A stretch of DNA of 64,000 bases from Eledone cirrhosa (Eukaryota): NCBI GenBank assembly GCA_964016885.1, contig OZ024748.1:8370001-8434000 (forward strand). Reading direction: 5' to 3'. A program made the position numbers and the translations under genes. The notes below the pieces were generated by a model that saw only the letters and a program-made list of their open reading frames with translations, did not search any database and was not told the origin of the DNA. This document shows, piece after piece, positions 1 through 13,167 of the stretch (the stretch's first letter is position 1; each line of letters begins with the position of its first letter).

Positions 1-305
1 CATCAGGCGGGCTGTATGAGATATTGCTCATCATCAGGTGGGCTGCATGAGATATGGCTCATCATCAGGCGGGCCTCAAGCGCTAATTTACATTCGTGCT
101 GCCCACATTAAAAAAAGGGCGGTAACTCAGGTTGTTTTGATTTGTTTCTTCAGAATTCGTACACGTTGTTTTCCTCGATCGTAAAAATGATAGAAAGATA
201 AATTACGACTGAAAAGTTAGGGTAAAAAAAATCAGAAAGTTTTCACTTAGGTGACCTAGGTGAGTCATTCAGGAAGCTTCGCGGGCCGCAGGTTGCCAAT
301 GACTG
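1..305. mobile_element. Terminal portion of a hAT-like (Charlie/Ac-type) non-autonomous DNA transposon
   Basis: Ends in GCGGGCCGCAGGTTGCCAATGACTG (reverse complement CAGTCATTGGCAACCTGCGGCCCGC, hAT-type TIR). Followed by CTCTATAC, resembling the 8-bp NTCTAGAN target. An internal 31-bp tandem repeat lies at 1-75. The other end is outside the window. Confidence 0.55.
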
Positions 306-549
306 CTCTATACCATATACTATAGAGGATATGTTTAAATGACAATATTTGTAGCAATATGCAGTATATGGTAGAGATTACTTATCGTTTGACCCTTAAC
401 TCTTTATAAAGTTGTAGGGACGCCGTAGGGACAGACACTATTTCTTGGCCTATTTTTAAACCTGGCGGAGTCCAGTTCCTCTCCATGATATTTCTTCCAA
501 TGAAGAAGAGAGAGAGAGAGAGAGAGAGAGAGAATGTAAAGGAATAATG

Positions 550-695
550 GACCCCAGTATTGGACTGGTACTTTTTTAGCTTCCTCGAAAGGACAAAAAG
601 GATAAAATAAAATACCAGTAACGTATTGGGGACGATTTAATCGACTTTACCCTCCCCCCAAATTTCTGGCCTTGTGCCTAAATTATAAATCATTA
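550..695. mobile_element. Degraded SINE family A fragments in opposite orientations
   Basis: GACCCCAGTATTGGACTGGTACTT (minus) and TACCAGTAACGTATTGGGG...CTGGCCTTGTGCCTAAA (plus) match the other family A copies in the window. Confidence 0.55.
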
Positions 696-2019
696 TTGTT
701 TTCTAACTTGAAGTTTCTATTCTTCGTAGTTCTACTTAAAGTCACATTGCTTGGTTTGATTACCTGAATAACTTTCCACAGGTTTCCCTAATTTCTATGA
801 TGTAAATATAAAGAGAAATGACCAACTTTATCTTATAAACGAAACCTTTAAAGAATTCAACAAGAGACACCTTTCGCTGCTTTGTAGCTGCCCTTATTTT
901 TCACATTTCCAAATATTATTTATGTTTCTTTTGCGTACTGTTGGCCTCCTCTATTCATTTATTTTATCCCTCTCTATCTTGTTTTTGTTTCTTAACTGTA
1001 AAGGGCACTAGATACCTCCACTAGACAGTCAATGCTTACCAGTTCCATACGGAAGTTTTAAATTGATTCAATATATAAACAAATATACTAATACAGTATT
1101 TGTCGATAAATTCAACGGATTTAATTCAGAGAAATTCTTCCTTCAATGCCAAACAGACACAAACATATTTTTCCATGAAACATTTTCTTTATGAAGCATT
1201 GAAGAAAGTTAAATATGATTTACCTAGTGTCAGCCAACAACTCCGCCAGTTGAGAACAATCGATATATTCTCTTGCATCTAATCGTTAATAATATCAGGT
1301 TTTTGAACATTCATTTCCCAACGACCAACTTTTAAGTCGAACCCATTATTATCACTCTAATATAATATATATATTTTTTCTGTGTTCTCACACAATCAAG
1401 TTGTAGACCTTTAGCGAACAATGCGACGAAATGCTAACACACTAGCTTTTCTTGGAATCTTTCTTAAATTTCATCTTACGTTATGTATCATCTGCAGGAA
1501 TTAATGAAAGAAACCTTCTGCAAAGTAAGAGAGAAAAAGAAAAAAAGACTTCTTCAGCTAAAGAGTCTCATAGAAGTTAATGACGAAAACGAATAATATA
1601 AAAAAAAAAAAAAGATAAAAAAGTAAAAAAATAAAAATGAATATAAGGAAAATACAACAGCAACAACAGCAACAACAACATCAGCAACAAAAGACTAGAA
1701 AAACAGACTAACTTCAAAGTGTAATTTACTTCGTATAGAAATCATCAAATATTTCCGTTAAGAAGTGCCTTTTTCTTGTGTGTCTTTTTACATTTACCAG
1801 TATAAGGAATCCTGAAAATCTATCATTAATTTCTAGCAAAAATCATTTTCACTTGTTCTTTCAAATCCTTATTTCACTCAGCTGACATCTTTTTCTTCTC
1901 TTTCTTTCTTTCGTTTTTGTTTCATTTCTCTTCCTTTTTCTTCTTTTTTTGTCCATTGATATAAGAGACGGCTAAGATAAAGATTTAGAGAAAAACACGT
2001 AGAAAGATACAAAACAACG

Positions 2020-2409
2020 AGTAGTAGTAGTAGTGGTGGTGGTGGTGGTAGTTGTGGTAGTTGTGGTAGTAGTAGTGGTAATGGTGGTAGTTGTGGTAGT
2101 AGTAGTAGTGGTGGTAATGGTGGTAGTTGTGGTAGTAGTGGTGGTGTTGGTAATGGTGGTAGTTGTGGTAGTAGTAGTAGTGGTGGTAATGGTGGTAGTT
2201 GTGGTAGTAGTAGTAGTGGTGGTAATGGTGGTAGTTGTGGTAGTTGTGGTGGTGTTGGTAATGGTGGTAGTTGTGGTAGTTGTGGTGGTAGTAGTAGTAG
2301 TGGTGGTAATGGTGGTAGTTGTGGTAGTAGAAGTAGTGGTGGAGGTAGTTGTGGTAGTTGTGGTAGTAGTTGTGGTAGTAGTAATAGTAGTGGGGTAATG
2401 GTGGTCGCT

Positions 2410-2453
<44 letters not shown>

Positions 2454-2858
2454 TGTAATTGTGTCGATGTTAGTATTAATAATAATAATAACTGCAATAA
2501 TAGAAAGAATAGATGCAGAAGCTCGGTATCACCATCATCATCATCAGCATCATCACCATCACCATCACCATCACCATCATCATCATCATCAGCATCATCA
2601 CCATCATCACCACCACCATCACCATCACCACCACCACCATCATCACCACCATCATCACCATCACCACCATCATCATCATCATCATCACCATCACCACCAC
2701 CATCATCATCATCACCATCATCACCACCATCATCATCATCATCATCATCACCACCACCATCATCACACCAATCATCATCATTATCACCACCACCATCATC
2801 ATCATCATCGTTAGTAGTAGTTATTGTAGTAGTTAGTAGCAGTAGTAGTATTGGTAGT

Positions 2859-2926
<68 letters not shown>

Positions 2927-2951
2927 CAGTAGTATTGGTAGTAGCAGCAGC

Positions 2952-2986
<35 letters not shown>

Positions 2987-3014
2987 CAGCAGTAGTATTG
3001 GTAGTAGCAGCAGC

Positions 3015-3061
<47 letters not shown>

Positions 3062-3122
3062 CAGTAGCAGCAGCAGTAGTAGTAGTAGTAGTAGTAGTAA
3101 TAGTAGAAGTAGTAGTAGAAGA
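2020..3122. repeat. Compound trinucleotide low-complexity array (GTA/GTG/GCA, then CAT/CAC, then GTA/GCA)
   Basis: Directly visible. 2020-2400 has a roughly 33-bp higher-order unit GTAGTAGTAGTGGTGGTAATGGTGGTAGTTGTG. Confidence 0.95.
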
Positions 3123-3328
3123 AGGAAGAGAAGAAGCAGAACAGGTGTAAGGATGAAAGGCTGGTGGTGGAGGTAGCACGCCCAAGATTTGAACCTTAAG
3201 CTGTAATTAAACGGTGTATGAGTTGCCATGGTGGTGTAAAGGATGTATGATATAATAGAGAGGAGATAACTTAATTAAAATCTAAGAAGAAGGTGCCAAC
3301 TATGTAGAGGGAGATCTAGGAAGCAACG

Positions 3329-3439
3329 AGAAGAAGAAGAAGAAGAAGAAGAAGAAGAAGAAGAAGAAGAAGAAGAAGAAGAAAAAGAAGAAGAAGAAGA
3401 AGAAGAAGAAGAAGAAGAAGAAGAAGAAGAAGAAGAAGA
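3329..3439. repeat. (GAA)n microsatellite
   Basis: Directly visible. Confidence 0.95.
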
Positions 3440-3672
3440 GAATCTTATTTTTCTTTTACACAATAAAAGGAAAAAGTAGTAAGACAGAAAATAAAATCTA
3501 TATATACGAACGTTCGCTTTCACACACAGGCACGTATATATGCACGTATATACATACATATACATACATGTACATACTCACATACATACATTCACACATA
3601 TGCAGATACATACAGATACACACACGTACATTCGCACAGATACACATACATATACTCACATACACATATACC

Positions 3673-3703
<31 letters not shown>

Positions 3704-3720
3704 ATATACATATATATGTA

Positions 3721-3789
<69 letters not shown>

Positions 3790-3861
3790 ATATCTACATG
3801 CACCCCCACATACACGTTCACATGCATTCATACACACACACATGCATAGCTATATAGGGAT

Positions 3862-3892
<31 letters not shown>

Positions 3893-4287
3893 CATACATA
3901 CATGCGTATATATACTCCCATATATTACTGAAAAAAGGAAACACCAACATGTACTGAGATGCATATATATTTATACACACAGTTGCATATACACATTTAC
4001 ACGGGCTTCCTGTGCATATAAACCTGCCTGTGCATGATATGCTAACATACATGTAGACATGTATGTAGAGAAAGGTATATACATACTTGTAGGTACATTT
4101 TCAAACATATACTTGCATATCTTAGTGAATATATATATAATAGTGATATTTATGAGAGTAAATTTTAGTCATTTACTAAGTGTATTTTGTTAATTATAAT
4201 AATTTTCAATATGTGGTATATCATTGTGGGAAGAAACGACTGTCAGTGATTAAATGTCTTGAACTTTTAATCGTTGGTTTGTAAGCA

Positions 4288-4345
4288 AGAGTTTAACCTA
4301 CATGAGAAGAGTTTAACCTACATGAGAAGAGTTTAACCTACATGA
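4288..4345. repeat. 20-bp tandem repeat, about 3 copies
   Basis: Unit AAGAGTTTAACCTACATGAG; GTTTAACCTA recurs at 4291, 4311 and 4331. Confidence 0.9.
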
Positions 4346-4806
4346 TTTAGCAAGCCTCTTAATCAATTATAATTATACTGACAATGGAAAGAAAAGTCAT
4401 TAGCATTAATAATAATTCTTGCGAAAAGAAGGGAGGGGAGATAACTTCGAAAATCTAATTGATTAAAAAGAGAGTGAGGACACATATTTAATAAATTTTC
4501 GTTTGAATACCTGAGAAAAGTAATTAGAATCAGTAAAAAAAGTACCAGTCAAGTACTGGGGTCGATTTTTCATCTATATCTCCTTCTCATATCCATTCTC
4601 TCATTCTCTATCTTTCTCTGAAAGAACTGTGCTGTAGATTTGGAGAGGAGAACGTACAAATCTAGACGTAGTTCGCATCTGTACATACTTCTATTTCCTG
4701 ATAGAGGCACGTGTACATGTAGATACTGACATTGTGTTGCTCGTATATATTGGGCAACTTCTAGAGATTACTAACATCGCAAATACATATATCCATAAAT
4801 CCATAA

Positions 4807-4851
<45 letters not shown>

Positions 4852-4990
4852 GGTTTGATTAGAATAACAGGAGGCCGGACTCAACATCAACGATAGATGA
4901 GTTGAGTAACGTGGAGTGCTTTTCCTACTAATACACCACGATTAACTAAACAGACTGACCAGTTCTATCCAGAGGTGAACCACTGAAGAT
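4852..4990 (+). mobile_element. TA-flanked dispersed repeat; diverged inverted relative at 59354-59475
   Basis: TGACCAGTTCTATCCAGAGGTGAACCA matches the reverse complement of TGGTTCACCACTGGATAGAATTGGTCA at about 59361. Starts with AATAACAGGAGGCCGGACT, like 59502 and 60018. Confidence 0.55.
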
Positions 4991-5044
4991 AAATTAATAT
5001 ATATATATCATATATATATATATATATCATATATATATATATAT

Positions 5045-5117
<73 letters not shown>

Positions 5118-5120
<3 letters not shown>

Positions 5121-5291
5121 AACGAGTAGGACCCGACGGCTGAGCTCAAGCCGTTTCGACGGCTAATTCGTCGAAACGGCTTGAGCTCAGCCGTCGGGGT
5201 CCTACTCGTTCCTATTACCCACTCTACTACCCTAAGAATTGAGTACTTTGGTGCGTTATGGTCCACCTGGTTCCTTACCACATTTCCTTCG

Positions 5292-5293
<2 letters not shown>
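5118..5293 (+). mobile_element. TA-embedded fold-back element, family P1 (Penelope-like pLTR remnant with 3' half of a hammerhead)
   Basis: Inverted arms 5118-5161 and 5169-5213 (one indel), then an unpaired 3' extension to 5293. Contains GAAACGGCTTGAGCTCAGCCGTC (GAAA, stem III, GUC). (TA)n on both sides. Confidence 0.8.
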
Positions 5294-5338
<45 letters not shown>

Positions 5339-5379
5339 ATTAAATAAATGGAAACTATATTTATAAAACCATATTTATT

Positions 5380-5437
5380 TCATTATATATATTTCGGGGA
5401 TATCATATTAACAATATGCTATGCCTTCCTCAGACAA
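5380..5437 (-). ncRNA. Type I minimal hammerhead ribozyme (family P2)
   Basis: Minus strand reads TTGT-CTGAGGA-aggcatagcatattgttaatatgatatcccc-GAAA-TATATA-TA-ATGA, then AATAAA. Stem II includes CATATT/AATATG; stem III is self-complementary; stem I relies on G-U pairs. Confidence 0.65.
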
Positions 5438-6002
5438 AATTTCCATTTATTTAATATTGTAAATATACTCCAAATATTTGTCGAGTGCTTTTATATCAGT
5501 TATAAATATTTACTAGTTGTAACCCAACAATTTTAAATATAACTTTCCATATATATATATATATATATATATATAATGTAATAATTGGGCTCAGATCTCC
5601 AGAAACAGTTTCTCTCTCGCTTAACTTATTATCAATTTTAATACAGGGTTTAATTTATGTGGGATAGAGGGTCAAAGAGGTAATAACTCGGTCCTTCCGA
5701 TAAATCCGGCCATGGGTGGCCTTGAGGTTCACAAATAAGATGTAGTTATTTGTATAAAATGTTTATTAACTCGACAAAAAACAAACTACTTTATTGGTTT
5801 TATTTAGTTATTAAACTGAGTTGTTTTAGTGGAGAACTTTAGTTAATGATGGCTGAATTCGTAGCCTTTTACAACTGTGTGCGTTAATGTGGGGAGTGGG
5901 TGTGAAAAACAAACAAGAAATAATTTAGAAAACATTGGCAAAACAGTCGACACAGAAATACGTGTTAGTAAATGATAAAAAAATACTACATTGTATAAAT
6001 AA

Positions 6003-6061
<59 letters not shown>

Positions 6062-6111
6062 ATATATATATTAATCTCTGTTTATATGTTTCCATAAATA
6101 TTTATCTAAGC

Positions 6112-6147
<36 letters not shown>

Positions 6148-6312
6148 GATATACACACGCATACGCATATAATTATTTGTGTATATCTATGTATATATAT
6201 GTATATATACAAACACACACACAAATACATAGCACATACATCAATATCTCTCTTTTCTCTCACCTTTACACATACACGTACATATATCAACATCTCTCTT
6301 TTCTGTCACCTT

Positions 6313-6387
<75 letters not shown>

Positions 6388-6930
6388 ACACACACACACA
6401 AAGACTTATACACACACACACACTCGCCCCTAACACACACACAGACGCTCTCTCTCTCACACACACACACACATATATACACGCATAAAGAGACAGACAA
6501 ACAAAGAATGAGACAAACACAGGTTTATCTACATAAGCGATTTCCATAGAACCTAATAATGTTCTCCACCGAATGATGTAATAAAGATTGTAAGAAATAA
6601 TCCGGATATCCTCTATAAGATTCTCATTGAGAAAGGAAATGTCAGCCTAGAAATGTCACTAGTTCAGAGGTGTGTGTGTGTATGTACATGTGTGTGTACG
6701 TGTGTGTGTATGTATATACGTGTGTGTGTGTGTACGTGTATGTATATACGTGTGTGTGTGTACGTGTGTGTATGTATATCTGTATATATGTGTATGTATT
6801 TATCTGTATATATATATATGTGCATATATATGTGCATATATGTGTGTATATATGCGTATGAATGTATTTGTATATGTGTGTACATGCACGTGTATATATA
6901 TATGTGTGTATATATGTATACAAATGTGTA

Positions 6931-6991
<61 letters not shown>

Positions 6992-7568
6992 GTTTATCAA
7001 AACACTGGCCACTTCCAGCCCTCTACCTTTACACCCCACCTCTTCTTTCTTTTCTTTCTTTCTCTCATTTTAAAAGGTTTACTTTTCTCTTTAATTAGAT
7101 CCCGCTTTGTCTGAAGTTCAGCTCTGGTCATGTTTAAAAAAAAAAAAAAAAAAACAAAGCCTAAAAAAGCAAAACAAGAAAACAACAAACTAATATAAAA
7201 ATTAAATTCAGTTTCATATTAGAAACCTCTCATGCCATTAGAGGGAGTTTTCTTTACACAGATTTTTAGCGAATATTTTACTGTCATTTTCATATCTTTC
7301 ATATCTTTCTTTCTTTCTTTCTTTCTGTCTTCTTCTTCTTCTTCTTCTTCTTCTTCTTCTTCTTCTATATTAATAATGTATGTTTGTGTTAACTTTGTTT
7401 GTTTGTGTTTGTTTTACCTTTCCTCTCACTTTTTTGTATTTTGCCTCTTATCTGAAGGTATAGAATTATAAATGTTGAAAATATCACCAAGACATTTTTA
7501 CCTAAATCTATGTAAAAATATATTGAGTTGAACTCAATGCACAAACAAACGCGTGCTATACACATACA

Positions 7569-7642
<74 letters not shown>

Positions 7643-7655
7643 GTATATATATATG

Positions 7656-7686
<31 letters not shown>

Positions 7687-7778
7687 TTATTACACACACA
7701 TACAAACATTACCGTTTTCTTTGTATATATATATACTACATATATATATAAATACACATACACATACACATACATACG

Positions 7779-7827
<49 letters not shown>

Positions 7828-7939
7828 GAATAAATGTTTGTATACCTGTGTATGTGTATGTTAAAGAGGGGGGGGGGGAGAGAAAAGGGCAGCAGAGATT
7901 TATTTAGATAAGCAGCAAATATTCATTTAATTCGAATCC

Positions 7940-8030
<91 letters not shown>

Positions 8031-8645
8031 GCATTATAGGGGATATATATATATATATATATCCCCTATATTGCTGGATACGAGGGAGCAGAGATGGTTA
8101 AGTTACTATTGTCACTAGTTCGTTACCAAACTGGTCTCGTTTCAAATCTCAACTGGGTAGAGATTCACGTTTCACCATTGGATTTTAATCAAATATATTC
8201 CACTATAAATTTGATTAATTTTAATTTACATAAATACTTTGCATAATAAAAGAGGTAGAAAGAAAAAAGAAATATAATATAAAAAAGGAGGACGGGAGGG
8301 AGGGACTGACTCCACCCATGTTTAGTGGGTGCCCAGCTGCACCCCCCACTGGCAAATTAGCAAAGACATTGCTACTGAGACTAGTCAGGGACACTTGCTA
8401 CACCACTCACTCCACCTCACATATCCTTCTTTATGTGAGATGCGTTGCCCACAACTTTTCGGAGGAAAACATCTCTCATGAATAGCGAGAAGACCGGAGG
8501 ACTCAACTATGACTGGGACGACAGGAAATGGTCAGTTAGATATTGGTGAGGAGGAATTCAAACAATTCAACAATTCATAGATATGTCATTTTAATGTAGT
8601 TCTTGATACGTTTATTGTGTGTTGTCATAATTGTTTTGTATATAT

Positions 8646-8832
8646 AATTGTTCCTACTTTTTGGCACAAGGCCAGCAATTATCCCAGTACATTACTGGTA
8701 CTTTATTTTATCGACCGCGTAAGGATGAAAGGCAAAGTTAACCTCGGCGGGATTTGAACTCAGATCGTAAAGGGACGTAACTATGCTGGAAAGCATGTCT
8801 GACCCTCTACCGATACTGCCAATTCACCGCCC
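8646..8832 (-). mobile_element. tRNA-derived SINE family A, full length
   Basis: Minus strand: GGGCGGTGAATTGGCAGTATCGGTAG head, B-box GAGTTCAAATCCC, central GCCTTTCATCCTTACG..GTCGATAAAATAAAGTACC domain (resembles the Meta-type conserved SINE domain), tail GGCCTTGTGCCAAAA. Confidence 0.85.
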
Positions 8833-9050
8833 TATTTTGTATATATAATGTTTTTAAGATAGGAACACGCCCCCCCCCCCCACCATATCAATTAATCATT
8901 CTAAGAACAATGGGAATATATGATCAATAATGAAATATATATAAACTATACACAGAGAGAGACAGAGTCTTGCACACAAATATATATATTTTTGTAAAAC
9001 ATGGTTATATATAGTTAGAGTTAAAAGTTAGCAAAATTGTGAAAATGTAG

Positions 9051-9112
<62 letters not shown>

Positions 9113-9129
9113 ACATATATATATATATC

Positions 9130-9340
9130 TCTGCCAGCAATGAAATCATATCCGCTCTCTTGCTCTGGAACCCTGACTCCAGCCTGACTAGGAGTAGGAG
9201 GCTGTCATTCCCTGACGTTATCTCTAGGGATACGGGAATCAGCAGACAGGACCTGGGGGCAGCGATGGGGGACAGGGGATTCTGGGGCATGAGAGTGAGA
9301 TCCATCATCTCGACAGTAGTCGACGAGTGATGATGATGAT
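9130..9340 (+). mobile_element. RTE-clade LINE 3' fragment with (TGA)n tail, within (TA)n
   Basis: Translates EIISALLLWNPDSSLTRSRRLSFPDVISRDTGISRQDLGAAMGDRGFW...*, an RTE C-terminal pattern (LLW.P...R...DTG......AM.DR..W), followed by TGATGATGAT. Confidence 0.7.
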
Positions 9341-9392
9341 ATATATATCAACTTTGATAAAGTTTACGAAGTATGCTGTGAGGATATAGAAA

Positions 9393-9510
9393 TTCTAACG
9401 TTTTGTGTGTGGACGTTCATCAGAAAAGAAATAAAAAGTATTTAAAAACTTTTCAAAACAATTCTTCTAATTAGTTCTCTGATGAGGGGTTTTACCAGAA
9501 ATGTTAGCAT
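9393..9510. ncRNA. Two degenerate hammerhead-like motifs in divergent orientation
   Basis: Minus strand 9393-9427: CTGATGAACGTCCACACAC-AAAA-CGTTAGAA. Plus strand 9479-9507: CTGATGAGGGGTTTTACCA-GAAA-TGTTAG. Both are decayed. Confidence 0.35.
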
Positions 9511-9644
9511 CCTCTTCTGTTTGTCGTACACAATATTATATTTTTTCCTGATTTTACCAACGTAAATCACCAATTCTTTCCTTATAACTTTGTAGTATAT
9601 ATTTATTGTTTGAGGTAATACTTCCTAATATATTCTAGGAGCGA

Positions 9645-10065
9645 GGAAGTTGATTACATCGACCTCCAGTACTTGACTGGTACTTTATTTATCGATCATG
9701 AAATAATAAAAGGTCAAGTTGATGTCGGCGAGATTTGAACTCAGAACGTAGAGTGCTAAGCATTAGTCCAACTGTTTAACGTTTCTGCCAATCTACCACA
9801 ATTTCCTTTAGTTAATATAATGGCGTATTATTTAGGCACAAGGCCAGCAAATTTGGGGAAGAGAAAGTCGGTTAAATCGACCCCAGTAATGGTTCTTACT
9901 CAGTCACGCGGCCCACATTTTCTGGGAGTTTTGGAGATGATTTAATCAACACCTAAAAATAACTGATACTTATTTTATAGTCGCCAATACGACTTGAACT
10001 TACAACTGAAGGAAGTGTAACTACAGTGTAGTTTGGTCACGGCTCTACCGATTCTACTAATTTAA
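9645..10065 (-). mobile_element. Cluster of degraded SINE family A copies
   Basis: ACTGGTACTTTATTTATCGA...GATTTGAACTCAGAACGTA...TCTGCCAAT and GGCACAAGGCCAGCAAATTTGGGG motifs. Confidence 0.7.
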
Positions 10066-10249
10066 CTGGAGGAGGAGTGCTGCTATTGTATCAAAGGAAA
10101 TTATCACATTCTCTATAAAATATAAAACTACGAAACATTTTGTTTATACAAACGAGTAACTTGCTGTTGTTGTTGTCATTGTTGTTGTTATCATTGTTGT
10201 TTTGTCTTTCTTGTCAGATAAAATTTCCAACAAATATTTTATAATATAA

Positions 10250-10329
<80 letters not shown>

Positions 10330-10839
10330 TAAAATAAGAAAATATTAAAATAAATTAAATTATTACTGGCAGAAAAAAATATATATACGTTGCTGATAAT
10401 GAAAAAAAAAAATTAAATTGAATTAACGTAAAATATACTTTCATCGAAAAATATACATTGCCTCAAATAGATCCTTATAGCTGTCAGCCACTTCTATAAT
10501 GAATAATTTTTTTTCTATCTCTTACATCTCATATCTTACTTCACTCTTTTCTTCCTCTTTTCACTCTCTCTCCCGTTTTCTTTATTTCCTCTTTCTTTCG
10601 GTCTACCTCCCTACACAACTACCCAACTCTATTTTTGTTTTTATCCCCGTCTCAATTTGTCTTTAGATTCTTTTTTTCCCCTTCCTCTGAACTAAATCAG
10701 TTGGCCCTTCTTGTATTTTCGTCTTCTTTCTTCCTATATCTCTCCTCTCTCTCCCCAGTCACTACAGTCTCTCTTCTCAGTCTCACACTCTCCGTTTACT
10801 GTATTCCACCACTTCCTCTACTTAATTTTCTCAAAATCT

Positions 10840-11145
10840 CTCTCTTCTTCTCGCTTCCTCACTTTCCTGCTCTATCTTCCTCACTCCTGTCCTCTCTCCC
10901 TTCCCCTCTTCCTCACCCCTGCTCTCTCTCCTCTCTTCCTCACTCCCGCTCTCTCCTCTCTTTCTCACTCTCGCTCTCTTTCTCTCTTCCTCACCCTTGC
11001 TCTCTCTCCCTTTCCCTCTTTCTCACTCTCGCTCTCTCTCCCTTTCTCTCTTCCTCACTCCCGCTCTCTCCTCTCTTTCTCACTCTCGCTCTCTTTCTCT
11101 CTTCCTCGCCCTTGCTCTCTCTCCCCTTCCCTCTTCTTCACCCCT

Positions 11146-11183
<38 letters not shown>

Positions 11184-11260
11184 GCTCTCTCTTCCTCACC
11201 TTTGCTCTCTCTCTCCTTCCCTCTTCTTCACCCCTGCTCTCTCTCTCCTCTCTTCTACTC
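10840..11260. repeat. CT-rich composite minisatellite (polypyrimidine)
   Basis: Recurrent CTCTTCCTCAC(C/T)C..GCTCTCTC units. Confidence 0.9.
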
Positions 11261-12007
11261 CCATTCAACTCTCTTTTTCTCTTCCATCGACCCTAACCAG
11301 ATTCTTTTTCTTTCACTCTAAAGAAGGATTTTACTTAAGCTTGTATCAAAATGTTGAATATCTTATTTTAAATGATAAAAAAAAGAAGAAAAAATATATA
11401 TTTTCCATCTTGTTTATGCATTAAATGAAGTTTGTTGAAATATTCGTTGAAGTGTTTGTTGAAATATTCCGATCTTCACAACTAGATCGACAGTTTTAAG
11501 TGTGTGGCTTTTTTTTCTGTGTAACTTTGACTTTTTGTGACGAGGTGTAGAGTAGTGTTCGTGAGGTTTCGTATGGTATAACTAAGCTTGTAAATGTATG
11601 TGTATTCATATGTAACCATATATATATATAAATATATATATAAATGTTAAGAGTGTTTAAATTTCTTTGCTATATCCATATACACGTGTCTAAAACATCA
11701 TGATGTTGTAATATATGATGCTATTGTTCGCTTTTATTTCATTATTTTAAGTTATTCCGGTCAATCCTCTTTAGTTTTTGCAAAATTTTATTATATTGAA
11801 ATTGAATTCGTGACAACTGTCGAGTGACGAATCAATCGCACAGAATATTGGAGCTATCCACGTTTGCTGGAAAGATTAACATTTCACTTGAGTGAATACA
11901 GGATAGCTTTTTTTAGATTGACAATATGAAACGGTGACTGTAGCCTTTTAAGATTTAGTCAAATCTAAGGGCCAGGTTAACTCGAAGTTAACCAGATGCC
12001 ATTATTG

Positions 12008-12185
12008 TTGGCAGTATCGGTAGAGGGTCAGACATGCTTTCCAGCATACTTACATCCCTTTACAATCTGAGTTCAAATCCCGCAAAGGTTAACTTTGCCT
12101 TTCATCTTTACGAGGTTGATAAAATAAAGTACCAGTAATGTACTGGGTAATTGCTGGCCTTGTGCCAAAAGTAGAAACAATTATT
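12008..12185 (+). mobile_element. tRNA-derived SINE family A
   Basis: TTGGCAGTATCGGTAGAGGGTCAGAC...GAGTTCAAATCCC...GCCTTTCATC...GGCCTTGTGCCAAAAGTAGAAACAATT. Confidence 0.85.
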
Positions 12186-12260
12186 GTATACGAGACATTA
12201 TTTTTACATGGAGTGAAATATTTTGACACACACACACACACACATACATATATATATATA

Positions 12261-12464
12261 CAGTGGTTCCTTGGTTCACAAACGCCTTTCATCACGAACA
12301 CATCGGTTTACGAACAATTTTTCCGAACATAAAAACGTCTTGGTTTACGAGTGGTGTCTCGAGTAACGAACACGCAAGTGGACAACAACAGTTTGGAGTA
12401 TCGACGGGCAGGAATAGTTAGTTACTATGGTGATATCTGTCTTTCACACAGTTTCTCTCTCCCC

Positions 12465-12501
<37 letters not shown>

Positions 12502-12610
12502 TGTTTGTTTCTCAACATTTCGTATGGGAAAAATAGTTTCGGCTTCCGAACATTTCGGGTGACGAACGGCCTTCAGGAAGGAGTTAAGTTCGTAAACTGA
12601 GGTTCCACTG
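12261..12610. mobile_element. Tigger/pogo-like MITE (Tc1/mariner superfamily), 350 bp
   Basis: TA|CAGTGGTTCCTTGGTTCACAAAC ... GTTCGTAAACTGAGGTTCCACTG|TA: imperfect TIR of about 23 bp, TA TSD and repeated internal ACGAAC motifs. Confidence 0.85.
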
Positions 12611-12704
12611 TATATTGTTCGTTAGTAGAAGTCATATGTAGCCACCTTTGTTCCCATCTTCAGGGATCTGAGTTCGAATGCCACCGAAATTATCTTCGCT
12701 TTTT

Positions 12705-12788
12705 ACTCAAGAGTGTGCCAGCCTTCCCTCAAGAGTGTGCCAACTTACACTCAAGAGTATGCAAGCCTTCACTCAAGAGTGAGTCAGC
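12705..12788. repeat. 22-bp tandem repeat, about 4 copies
   Basis: CTCAAGAGTGTGCCAGCCTTC-like unit. Confidence 0.85.
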
Positions 12789-13133
12789 CAACTTACTAAT
12801 GTTTTTTATATTTCCATCCATTTTGTCACAACTTAAATATTTTGTTAGATTAAAGGTGTGAAAATCGAAAGTTTGTTTGTGTCTGTTTTGCTTTAGTTAA
12901 AAAAAAAAACCCCTGCTACACACTACCAAGTCGTTCTCGATTGCAGGGGGTGGCTGAAATATGATAACATATGGAAGTCGTGATTAAGTATTGTTTAGAA
13001 TGGAAGTTGTAGTTGTCTATGCTGTTTAACTAGTCGTGTCGCCAGTGTAAGAGGTTTTCCGGTTCAAGTACAGACTTAATAAAATATTTAGAATATAACA
13101 TTTATACACATATACACATATACACAGAAACAT

Positions 13134-13167
<34 letters not shown>

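Noticed and set aside
1-75. CTGATGA plus hairpin on the minus strand of the 31-bp repeat as a hammerhead
   Set aside because: No GAAA follows the hairpin.
1985-3229. 414-aa ORF with poly-L, D/G and H/Y tracts
   Set aside because: It is composed almost entirely of trinucleotide microsatellite, with overlapping ORFs in most frames and no domain.
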